From assembly GCF_964355755.1 (NCBI RefSeq), contig NC_092679.1, positions 9,268,201 through 9,332,200 of the forward strand: 64,000 bases of DNA, read 5' to 3'. The notes under the pieces were generated by a model. That model was not told the DNA's origin, made no database searches, and saw nothing but the letters and a program-made list of their open reading frames with translations. This DNA is from Antedon mediterranea (taxonomy: Eukaryota; Animalia; Echinodermata). Made by a program: the position numbers and the translations under genes. Shown here piece by piece: positions 12,734 through 23,700 of this stretch (position 1 is its first letter; each line of letters starts with the position of its first letter).

Positions 12734-12914
12734 ATGTACAGCAGTAGTACTATCAATCAATAGTAATTAGTTAGTAATTGAAATATAGACATACTATAGT
12801 ATTACTTTTACATATTCATTATTATTAGGCATTGTTAAAAGGAAATCAATACAATGCAATATTCCTTTAACATTTAAAAATGTACAATATTTTATGATCA
12901 TTAATGTTAATGAA

Positions 12915-13190
12915 TCATTCTTTGTTGGCTTTCTTGCATTTGTTGGGTTTTATTATTTCATTTTGTATCATTGGAGATGTGAAAGTCAGATGAGTCTAAG
13001 TTTGACTCTAATCCACACTGCTGTTTTGTGACGGTTGAGTTTGGCATGTCTCCCCGCCTTGCTCAGAGACCACCTTCCATTCTCTCATGAATGCAATAGC
13101 ATGGTGCTCAAGCATATGTAGCTTAGGCTGTATTACACCTGGTGCAATATGCCTGTATTCTGCTAAAAATACTTGTATGATATTTTTTAT
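12915..13190 (-). pseudogene. Decayed transposase C-terminal region (H-x4-H zinc ligands and catalytic Glu motif; Chapaev/Transib/RAG1-like)
   Basis: Manual translation: IKNIIQVFLAEYRHIAPGVIQPKLHMLEHHAIAFMREWKVVSEQGGE, then after a frameshift HAKLNRHK. It parallels the RAG1 core end (YFHKTLAH...SEGNES, catalytic E). Short deletions before SEQ and after GGE plus downstream stops indicate inactivation. Confidence 0.8.
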
Positions 13191-13559
13191 GTAATTAAAA
13201 AATACTTAATTGACACATTAATACATTTTATAATTTCAGAAATTTTGTGATGAAAAAGTCAATCTGTGGTGACTGTAGAATGGACCCGAGATCGGACTAT
13301 CTTAGACATTTAAATAATAGAAAGTTCTGACAATTTTGTTGAATAGAAATATACAATGTATGATGTAGTCTTAATTGAAAATTGGCGCTTTTTAAACTAT
13401 GTATATAAATTAGGATGAGAAAACAGTTATTTGATTATGAGGTATGTTCATTTAATTAAATTTGTTAGTATAAACTTTCAAAAAGAGTGAAGATATAAGA
13501 AAAGCAGATTATGGAGCAGCTGTACCAGACAAAAAACTGTTCCCTTAAACGCCAGTGTG

Positions 13560-13864
13560 TTCTTTCACTTGTGAATGTAGTTTTGGCCCAGGTCATAATT
13601 GTTGTTGAAGTGTAGCATGCCAAGCAATTTGGTCCATGCCCTGTTAATTTAAATGTTAGCGTGGTAGTATACAGTATCCATTGAAAATTCGCGAATGGCA
13701 GGTTGTATAAATGTATATAGGTTGTAATTTTACATTTGTTAGATTTAGTGCAAATTTGTGATGGTTTTCATATTTTTTAAATTGTATTTTTTATCTTTTT
13801 CTTTAAATTTTGTTCCACAACAGAAGCAAGTAGAACTTAAAGCCTTTTCGTGAAACTGTGTTGC
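13560..13864 (-). pseudogene. Decayed transposase N-terminal Cys/His zinc domain (Chapa / RAG1 N-terminal-like)
   Basis: After a splice-acceptor-like TTTTCATTTTTGTAG: ATQFHEKALSSTCFCCGTKFKEKDKKYNLK; after a frameshift KPSQICTKS...TFKLTGHGPNCLAC. The motif order H-x7-CxxCG / P-x3-Cxx(C) / H-x3-CxxC matches the RAG1 N-terminal region (HQANLRHLCRICG / HPTEFCHNC / WHPHTPSCDIC, recalled from memory). Confidence 0.75.
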
Positions 13865-14399
13865 CTACAAAAATGAAAAGAAATTTTAATTTTACCAACC
13901 TTTAATTTTATATTATATTTATCATACAGTAGTTTGAGTATTTTTGTATAGGCTTTAATTTTGAAGGGCCTAGCTAGGCCTGGCCTGGTAGTTAGTAGTT
14001 TTACTAAATTTGTACATGTATGATGAATTATATTCAGTTGAAATAAATACAATGATAATAATTAAGCTTATTATTTAATCTATTGTAAATTAAAATGATG
14101 TATAGCATGATTACACTACTTATACGTACCAACTAGGCCTAGCTACAACCTAGGCCTAGTTGCGTACAGCCTAGCGAGCGGTTATCAGCCGCGTTCATCG
14201 ACCTCTCGCCAAATACGCTGTTTCGCATTTAACAAAACAGTCGAGTTTTTAAATGAAAATTTCTTGAGATTTTCACCGTCACCTCCTAACAATTCAATGT
14301 CTCATGTAAGCATATATAATCAAACTTTTACCTAGATTTTCCAAGTATTTATGAAAATTACGAATAAAAACAAAAAGTGTACAATTTGACAAGCATTTT

Positions 14400-14700
14400 T
14401 TCAAACTTTCCATTGTTTACATTTGCTAGGCCGATCGATGTTAATTTTTAAAACTTCCGGGTGTAAATAATTTCGTAAACTTGGTGTTATGCTTAATTAC
14501 TTACTATTTCCAAAAAATCGGTAATTAAAAATCTTATTTTCTAACAAATAGTATAAAAATGGTTTTATAATATTTATGACGAAATTGATTAAATTAATTT
14601 AAAGTGTAGTTATAAAAGTTGCAAATGTCGCGAAAGTTGAACGAGATTCAACCACTCGCGCGGCGTCACGCTCAGGCACATATCGCCGTCTGACAATATT
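14400..14700 (-). promoter_or_regulatory. Possible transposase promoter region
   Basis: Locally CpG-rich segment (~14625-14710) and an ETS-like CCGGAAGT on the minus strand (~14453-14460), upstream of the minus-strand transposase remnants; inference only. Confidence 0.25.
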
Positions 14701-14715
14701 GAGGGCGCTTGACTT
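14699..14715 (-). repeat. Subterminal inverted motif, right (revcomp AAGTCAAGCGCCCTCAA), putative transposase-binding site
   Basis: TTGAGGGCGCTTGACTT on the + strand; 21 bp inside the right TIR. Confidence 0.85.
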
Positions 14716-14736
14716 TTTCTATTTATTTTACATTGG

Positions 14737-14749
14737 TGAAACAGCTGTG
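14737..14749 (-). repeat. Right terminal inverted repeat (13 bp, TGAAACAGCTGTG)
   Basis: Exact reverse complement of 9524-9536; satellite resumes immediately after. Confidence 0.97.
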
Positions 14750-14753
14750 AATG
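14750..14753. repeat. Target-site duplication AATG, right copy
   Basis: cagctgtg-AATG-gtctaaa; offsets to the paralogous block change from 44,600 to 39,370, a difference of 5,230 = 5,226 + 4. Confidence 0.93.
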
Positions 14754-17700
14754 GTCTAAAACGTTTCCAAATGCGATTTGAAGCTATTCTGTACACTTTG
14801 ATGTTTTGTGTGAAAATTTTCTGTCGAAATGCTCAAAATGGTCAAAAACGTTTTTAAAAACGATATTAAGCTACTTTGTGCTCTTTGATGTTTTTGTGTG
14901 AAATGTTTTATCGAAATGCTCAAAATGGTCTAAAACGGTTTCTAATGTGATTTCAAGCACTTTGATGTTTTTGTGTAACCAAGTTTTTCGAAAATCACAA
15001 AATTGTCTAAAACGTCTCCAAATGCGATTTGAAGCTATTCTGTACTCTTTGATGTTTTTATGTTAACAAGTTTTTCGAAAATCACAAAATGGTCTAAAAC
15101 GTCTCCAAATGCGATTTTAAGCTATTCTAAGCACTTTGGTGTTTTTATGTTAACAAGTTTTTTTGAAATCACAAAATGGTCTAAAATGTCTCTAAATGAG
15201 ATTTGAAGCTTTTCTGTACATTTTGATGTTTTTATGTTAACAAGTTTTTTCGAAAATCACAAAATGGTCTAAAATGTCTCCAAATGCGATTTGAAGCTAT
15301 TCTAAGCACTTTGGTGTTTTTATGGAAACAATTTTTTTCGAAAATCACAAAATGGTCTAAAACGTCTCCAAATGTGATTTGAAGCTATTCTGTACACTTT
15401 GATGTTTTTATGTTAGCAAGTTTTTTCGAAAATTACAAAATTGTCTAAAACGTCTACAAATGCGATTTGAAGCTAATCTGTACACTTTGATGTTTTTATG
15501 TTAACAAGTTTTTTCGAAAATCACAAAAGGGTCTAAAATGTCTCCAAATGCGATTTGAAGCTATTCTAAGCACTTTGATGTTTTTATGTTACCAAGTTTT
15601 TTCGAAAATCACAAAATGGTCTAAAACGTCTCCAATAGCGATTTTAAGCTATTCTGTACACTTTGATGTTTTTATGTTAACAAGTTTTTCGAAAATCACA
15701 AAATGGTCTAAAACGTCTCCAAATGCGATTTTAAGCTATTCTAAGCACTTTGGTGTTTTTATGTTAACAAGTTTTTTTGAAAATCACAAAATGGTCTAAA
15801 ACGTCTCTAAATGCGATTTGAAGCTTTTCTGTACAATTTGATGTTTTTATGTTAACAACTTTTTTCGAAAATCACAAAATGGTCTAAAATGTCTCCAAAT
15901 GCGATTTGAAGCTATTCTAAGCACTTTGGTGTTTTTATGGAAACAATTTTTTTCGAAAATCACAAAATGGTCTAAAACGTCTCCAATAGCGATTTGAAGC
16001 TTTTCTGTACACTTTGGTGTTTTTATGTTAACAAGTTTTTTCGAAAATCACAAAATGGTCTAAAACGTCTCCAAATGCGATTTGAAGCTAATCTGTACAC
16101 TTTGATGTTTTTATGTTAACAAGTTTTTTCGAAGATCACAAAATGGTCTAAAACGTCTACAAATGCAATTTGAAGCTATTCTAAGCACTTTTGTGTTTTT
16201 ATGTTAACAAGTTTTTTCGAAAATCACAAAATGGTCTAAAACGTCTGCAAATGCGATTTTAAACTATTCTTAGCACATTGGTGTTTTTATTTAAACAAAT
16301 TTTTTCGAAACTCACAAAATGGTCTAAAACGTCTCCAAATGCGATTTGAAGCTATTTTAAGCACTTTGGTGTTTTTGTGTTAACAAGTTTTTCGAAATGC
16401 TCAAAATGGTCTAAAACGTTTTTAAACACGATATTAAGCTATTTTGTGCTCTTTGGTGTTTTTTTGTGAAAAGTTTTAGCAAAATGCTCAAAATGGTCTA
16501 AAACGATTTCTAATGTGATTTTAAGCACTTTGATGTTTTTATGTTAACTAGTTTTTTCGAAAATCACAAAATGGTCTAAAACGTCTCCAAATGCGATTTG
16601 AAGCTATTTTAAGCACTTAAGTGCTTTTGTGTAACCAAGTTTTTTTTAAAATCACAAAAGGGTCTAAAATGTCTCCAAATGTGATTTGAAGCTATTTTAA
16701 GCACTTTGGTGTTTTTGTGTTAACAAGTTTTTCGGAAATCACAAAATTGTCTAAAACGTCTCCAAATGCGATTTGAAGCTATTCTGTACACTTTGATGTT
16801 TTTATGTTAACAAGTTTTTTAGAAAATCACAAAATGGTCTAAAACATCTCCAAATGCGATTTAAAGCTATTTTAAGCACTTTGGTGTTTTTATGTTAACA
16901 AGTTTTTTCGAAAATCACAAAATGGTCTAAAACGTCTCCAAATGCGATTTGAAGCTATTTTAAGCACTTTGGTGTTTTTGTGTTAACAAGTTTTTCGAAA
17001 TGCTCAAAATGGTCTAAAACGTTTCCAAATGCGATTTGAAGCTATTCTGTACACTTTGATGTTTTGTGTGAAAATTTTCTGTCGAAATGCTCAAAATGGT
17101 CAAAAACGTTTTTAAATACGATATTAAGCTACTTTGTGCTCTTTGATGTTTTTGTGTGAAATGTTTTATCGAAATGCTCAAAATGGTCTAAAACGGTTTC
17201 TAATGTGATTTCAAGCACTTTGATGTTTTTGTGTAACCAAGTTTTTCGAAAATCACAAAATTGTCTAAAACGTCTCCAAATGCGATTTGAAGCTATTCTG
17301 TACTCTTTGATGTTTTTATGTTAACAAGTTTTTCGAAAATCACAAAATGGTCTAAAACGTCTCCAAATGCGATTTTAAGCTATTCTAAGCACTTTGGTGT
17401 TTTTATGTTAACAAGTTTTTTTGAAATCACAAAATGGTCTAAAACGTCTCTAAATGAGATTTGAAGCTTTTCTGTACATTTTGATGTTTTTATGTTAACA
17501 AGTTTTTTCGAAAATCACAAAATGGTCTAAAATGTCTCCAAATGCGATTTGAAGCTATTCTATACACTTTGATGTTTTTATGTTAGCAAGTTTTTTCGAA
17601 AATCACAAAATGGTCTAAAACGTCTACAAATGCGATTTGAAGCTAATCTGTACACTTTGATGTTTTTATGTTAACAAGTTTTTTCGAAAATCACAAAAGG

Positions 17701-20700
17701 GTCTAAAATGTCTGTAAATGCGATTTGAAGCTATTTAAAGCACTTTGGTGTTTTTAGGTTAACAAGTTTTTTCGAAAATCACAAAAGGGTCTAAAATGTC
17801 TGTAAATGCGATTTGAAGCTATTTAAAGCACTTTGGTGTTTTTAGGTTAACAAGTTTTTTCGAAAATCACAAAATGGTCTAAAACGTCTACAAATGCGAT
17901 TTGAAGCTATTCTAAGCACTTTTGTGTTTTTATGTTAACAAGTTTTTTCGAAAATCACAAAATGGTCTAAAATGTCTCCAAATGCGATTTGAAGCTATTC
18001 TAAGCACTTTGGTGTTTTTATGGAAACAATTTTTTTCGAAAATCACAAAATGGTCTAAAACGTCTCCAAATGTGATTTGAAGCTATTCTGTACACTTTGA
18101 TGTTTTTATGTTAGCAAGTTTTTTCGAAAATCACAAAATGGTCTAAAACGTCTACAAATGCGATTTGTAGCTAATCTGTACACTTTGATGTTTTTATGTT
18201 AACAAGTTTTTTCGAAAATCACAAAAGGGTCTAAAATGTCTGTAAATGCGATTTGAAGCTATTTAAAGCACTTTGGTGTTTTTAGATTAACAAGTTTTTT
18301 CGAAAATCACAAAATGGTCTAAAACGTCTACAAATGCGATTTGAAGCTATTCTAAGCACTTTTGTGTTTTTATGTTAACAAGTTTTTTCGAAAATCACAA
18401 AATGGTCTAAAACGTCTCCAAATGCGATTTGAAGCTATTTTAAGCACTTTGGTGTTTTTGTGTTAACAAGTTTTTCGAAAATCACAAAATGGTCTAAAAC
18501 GTTTCCAAATGCGATTTGAAGCTATTCTGTACACTTTGATGTTTTGTGTGAAAATTTTCTTTCGAAATGCTCAAAATGGTCAAAAACGTTTTTAAATACG
18601 ATATTAAGCTACTTTGTGCTCTTTGATGTTTTTGTGTGAAATGTTTTATCGAAATGCTCAAAATGGTCTAAAACGGTTTCTAATGTGATTTCAAGCACTT
18701 TGATGTTTTTGTGTAACCAAGTTTTTCGAAAATCACAAAATTGTCTAAAACGTCTCCAAATGCGATTTGAAGCTATTCTGTACACTTTGATGTTTTTATG
18801 TTAACAAGTTTTTCGAAAATCACAAAATGGTCTAAAACGTCTCCAAATGCGATTTGAAGCTATTCTGTACACTTTGATGTTTTTATGTTAACAAGTTTTT
18901 CGAAAATCACAAAATGGTCTAAAACGTCTCTAAATGCGATTTGAAGCTTTTCTGTACACTTTAATGTTTTTATGTTAACTTTTTTCGAAAATCACAAAAT
19001 GGTCTAAATTTTCTCCAAATGCGATTTGAAGCTATTCTAAGCACTTTGATGTTTTTATGTTAACAAGTTTTTTCGAAAATCACAAAATGGTCTAAAACGT
19101 CTCCAATAGCGATTTTAAGCTATTCTGTACACTTTGATGTTTTTATGTTAACAAGTTTTTCGAAAATCACAAAATGGTCTAAAATGCGATTTTAAGCTAT
19201 TCTAAGCACTTTGGTGTTTTTATGTTAACAAGTTTTTTTGAAAATCACAAAATGGTCTAAAACGTCTCTAAATGCGATTTGAAGCTTTTCTGTACACTTT
19301 GATGTTTTTATGTTAACAACTTTTTTCGAAAATCACAAAATGGTCTAAAATGTCTCCAAATGCGATTTGAAGCTATTCTAAGCACTTTGGTGTTTTTATG
19401 GAAACAATTTTTTTCGAAAATCACAAAATGGTCTAAAACGTCTCCAATAGCGATTTGAAGCTTTTCTGTACACTTTGGTGTTTTTATGTTAACAAGTTTT
19501 TTCGAAAATCACAAAATGGTCTAAAACGTCTCCAAATGCGATTTGAAGCTAATCTGTACACTTTGATGTTTTTATGTTAACAAGTTTTTTCGAAAATCAC
19601 AAAATGGTCTAAAACGTTTCAAAATGCGATTTGAAGCTTTTCTTTACACTTTGGTGTTTTTATGTTAACAAGTTTTTTCGAAAATCACAAAATGGTCTAA
19701 AACGTCTCCAAATGCGATTTGAAGCTATTCTGTACACTTTGATGTTTTTATGTTAACAAGTTTTTTCGAAGATCACAAAATTGTCTAAAACGTCTACAAA
19801 TGCAATTTGAAGCTATTCTAAACACTTTTGTGTTTTTATGTTAACAAGTTTTTTTCGAAAATCACAAAATGGTCTAAAACGTCTGCAAATGCGATTTTAA
19901 ACTATTCTTAGCACATTGGTGTTTTTATTTAAACAAATTTTTTCGAAACTCACAAAATGGTCTAAAACGTCTCCAAATGCGATTTGAAGCTATTTTAAGC
20001 ACTTTGGTGTTTTTGTGTTAACAAGTTTTTCGAAATGCTCAAAATGGTCTAAAACGTTTTTAAACACGATATTAAGCTATTTTGTGCTCTTTGATGTTTT
20101 TTTGTGAAAAGTTTTAGCAAAATGCTCAAAATGGTCTAAAACGATTTCTAATGTGATTTTAAGCACTTTGATGTTTTTATGTTAACTAGTTTTTTCGAAA
20201 ATCACAAAATGGTCTAAAACGTCTCCAAATGCGATTTGAAGCTATTTTAAGCACTTAGGTGCTTTTGTGTAACCAAGTTTTTTTGAAAATCACAAAAGGG
20301 TCTAAAATGTCTCCAAATGTGATTTGAAGCTATTTTAAGCAGTTTGGTGTTTTTGTGTTAACAAGTTTTTCGAAAATCACAAAATTGTCTAAAACGTCTC
20401 CAAATGCGATTTGAAGCTATTCTGTACACTTTGATGTTTTTATGTTAACAAGTTTTTTAGAAAATCACAAAATGGTCTAAAACATCTCCAAATGCGATTT
20501 AAAGCTATTTTAAGCACTTTGGTGTTTTTATGTTAACAAGTTTTTTCGAAAATCACAAAATGGTCTAAAACGTCTCCAAATGCGATTTGAAGCTATTTTA
20601 AGCACTTTGGTGTTTTTGTGTTAACAAGTTTTTCGAAATGCTCAAAATGGTCTAAAACGTTTCCAAATGCGATTTGAAGCTATTCTGTACACTTTGATGT

Positions 20701-23700
20701 TTTGTGTGAAAATTTTCTGTCGAAATGCTCAAAATGGTCAAAAACGTTTTTAAATACGATATTAAGCTACTTTGTGCTCTTTGATGTTTTTGTGTGAAAT
20801 GTTTTATCGAAATGCTCAAAATGGTCTAAAACGGTTTCTAATGTGATTTCAAGCACTTTGATGTTTTTGTGTAACCAAGTTTTTCGAAAATCACAAAATT
20901 GTCTAAAACGTCTCCAAATGCGATTTGAAGCTATTCTGTACTCTTTGATTTTTTTATTTTAACAAGTTTTTCGAAAATCACAAAATGGTCTAAAACGTCT
21001 CCAAATGCGATTTTAAGCTATTCTAAGCACTTTGGTGTTTTTATGTTAACAAGTTTTTTTGAAAATCACAAAATGGTCTAAAACGTCTCTAAATGAGATT
21101 TGAAGCTTTTCTGTACACTTTGATGTTTTTATGTTAACAAGTTTTTTCGAAAATCACAAAATGGTCTAAAATGTCTCCAAATGCGATTTGAAGCTATTCT
21201 AAGCACTTTGGTGTTTTTATGGAAACAATTTTTTTCGAAAATCACAAAATGGTCTAAAACGTCTCCAAATGTGATTTGAAGCTATTCTGTACACTTTGAT
21301 GTTTTTATGTTAACAAGTTTTTTCGAAAATCACAAAATGGTCTAAAACGTCTACAAATGCGATTTGAAGCTATACTGTACACTTTGATGCTTTTATGTTA
21401 ACAAGTTTTTTCGAAAATCACAAAATGGTCTAAAACGTTTCCAAATGCGATTTGAAGCTATTCTGTACACTTTGATGTTTTGTGTGAAAATTTTCTGTCG
21501 AAATGCTCAAAATGGTCAAAAACGTTTTTAAATACGATATTAAGCTACTTTGTGCTCTTTGATGTTTTTGTGTGAAATGTTTTATCGAAATGCTCAAAAT
21601 GGTCTAAAACGGTTTCTAATGTGATTTCAAGCACTTTGATGTTTTTGTGTAACCAAGTTTTTCGAAAATCACAAAATTGTCTAAAACGTCTCCAAATGCG
21701 ATTTGAAGCTATTCTGTACACTTTGATGTTTTTATGTTAACAAGTTTTTCGAAAATCACAAAATGGTCTAAAACGTCTCCAAATGCGATTTGAAGCTATT
21801 CTGTAAACTTTGATGTTTTTATGTTAACAAGTTTTTCGAAAATCACAAAATGGTCTAAAACGTCTCTAAATGCGATTTGAAGCTTTTCTGTACACTTTGA
21901 TGTTTTTATGTTAACAACTTTTTTCGAAAATCACAAAATGGTCTAAAATGTCTCCAAATGCGATTTGAAGCTATTCTAAGCACTTTGGTGTTTTTATGTT
22001 AACAAGTTTTTTCGAAAATCACAAAATGGTCTAAAACGTCTCCAAATGCGATTTGAAGCTATTCTGTACACTTTGATGTTTTTATGTTAACAAGTTTTTT
22101 CGAAAATCACAAAATGGTCTAAAACGTCTACAAATGCGATTTGAAGCTATTCTGTACACTTTGATGTTTTTATGTTAACAAGTTTTTTCGAAAATCACAA
22201 AATGGTCTAAAACGTTTCCAAATGCGATTTGAAGCTATTCTGTACACTTTGATGTTTTGTGTGAAAATTTTCTTTCGAAATGCTCAAAATGGTCAAAAAC
22301 GTTTTTAAATACGATATTAAGCTACTTTGTGCTCTTTGATGTTTTTGTGTGAAATGTTTTATCGAAATGCTCAAAATGGTGTAAAACGGTTTCTAATGTG
22401 ATTTCAAGCACTTTGATGTTTTTGTGTAACCAAGTTTTTCGAAAATCACAAAATTGTCTAAAACGTCTCCAAATGCGATTTGAAGCTATTCTGTACACTT
22501 TGATGTTTTTATGTTAACAAGTTTTTTCGAAGATCACAAAATGGTCTAAAACGTCTACAAATGCAATTTGAAGCTATTCTAAGCACTTTTGTGTTTTTAT
22601 GTTAACAAGTTTTTTCGAAAATCACAAAATGGTCTAAAACGTCTGCAAATGCGATTTTAAACTATTCTTAGCACATGGGTGTTTTTATTTAAACAAATTT
22701 TTTCGAAACTCACAAAATTGTCTAAAACGTCTCCAAATGCGATTTGAAGCTATTTTAAGCACTTTGGTGTTTTTGTGTTAACAAGTTTTTCGAAATGCTC
22801 AAAATGGTCTAAAACGTTTTTAAACACGATATTAAGCTATTTTGTGCTCTTTGGTGTTTTTTTGTGAAAAGTTTTAGCAAAATGCTCAAAATGGTCTAAA
22901 ACGATTTCTAATGTGATTTTAAGCACTTTGATGTTTTTATGTTAACTAGTTTTTTCGAAAATCACAAAATGGTCTAAAACGTCTCCAAATGCGATTTGAA
23001 GCTATTTTAAGCACTTAAGTGCTTTTGTGTAACCAAGTTTTTTTGAAAATCACAAAAGGGTCTAAAATGTCTCCAAATGTGATTTGAAGCTATTTTAAGC
23101 ACTTTGGTGTTTTTGTGTTAACAAGTTTTTCGGAAATCACCAAATTGTCTAAAACGTCTCCAAATGCGATTTGAAGCTATTCTGTACACTTTGATGTTTT
23201 TATGTTAACAAGTTTTTTAGAAAATCACAAAATGGTCTAAAACATCTCCAAATGCGATTTAAAGCTATTTTAAGCACTTTGGTGTTTTTATGTTAACAAG
23301 TTTTTTCGAAAATCACAAAATGGTCTAAAACGTCTCCAAATGCGATTTGAAGCTATTTTAAGCACTTTGGTGTTTTTGTGTTAACAAGTTTTTCGAAATG
23401 CTCAAAATGGTCTAAAACGTTTCCAAATGCGATTTGAAGCTATTCTGTACACTTTGATGTTTTGTGTGAAAATTTTCTGTCGAAATGCTCAAAATGGTCA
23501 AAAACGTTTTTAAATACGATATTAAGCTACTTTGTGCTCTTTGATGTTTTTGTGTGAAATGTTTAATCGAAATGCTCAAAATGGTCTAAAACGGTTTCTA
23601 ATGTGATTTCAAGCACTTTGATGTTTTTGTGTAACCAAGTTTTTCGAAAATCACAAAATTGTCTAAAACGTCTCCAAATGCGATTTGAAGCTATTCTGTA

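Larger units (their letters stand above)
9524..14749 (-). mobile_element. Non-autonomous (decayed) TIR DNA transposon, 5,226 bp, most likely Chapaev (CMC) type, RAG1/Transib-related
   Basis: Perfect 13-bp TIRs CACAGCTGTTTCA (9524-9536) / TGAAACAGCTGTG (14737-14749); 4-bp TSD AATG; empty site at 54120-54123; transposase remnants on the minus strand. CAC..GTG termini with a 4-bp TSD and a RAG1-N-terminus-like zinc domain are the established hallmarks of Chapaev. Being a TIR element is near-certain; the family call is less so. Confidence 0.92.

Noticed and set aside
13837-14052. 71-aa minus-strand ORF as the transposase start
   Set aside because: Lies mostly in AT-rich intron-like sequence upstream of the splice acceptor and is in a different frame from the HEKALSSTCFCCG motif.
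9524-14749. Bona fide ProtoRAG (RAG1L+RAG2L) or Transib element
   Set aside because: TSD is 4 bp not 5 as assembled, there is no recognisable RAG2-like sequence or RSS nonamer, and the PKLHMLEHH/EQGGE wording fits Chapaev-type proteins better. Not fully excluded without searches.
9524-14749. LTR retrotransposon or Helitron
   Set aside because: No terminal direct repeats, TG..CA ends, gag/pol traces or Helitron TC..CTRR termini; TIRs plus a TSD indicate a cut-and-paste DNA element.
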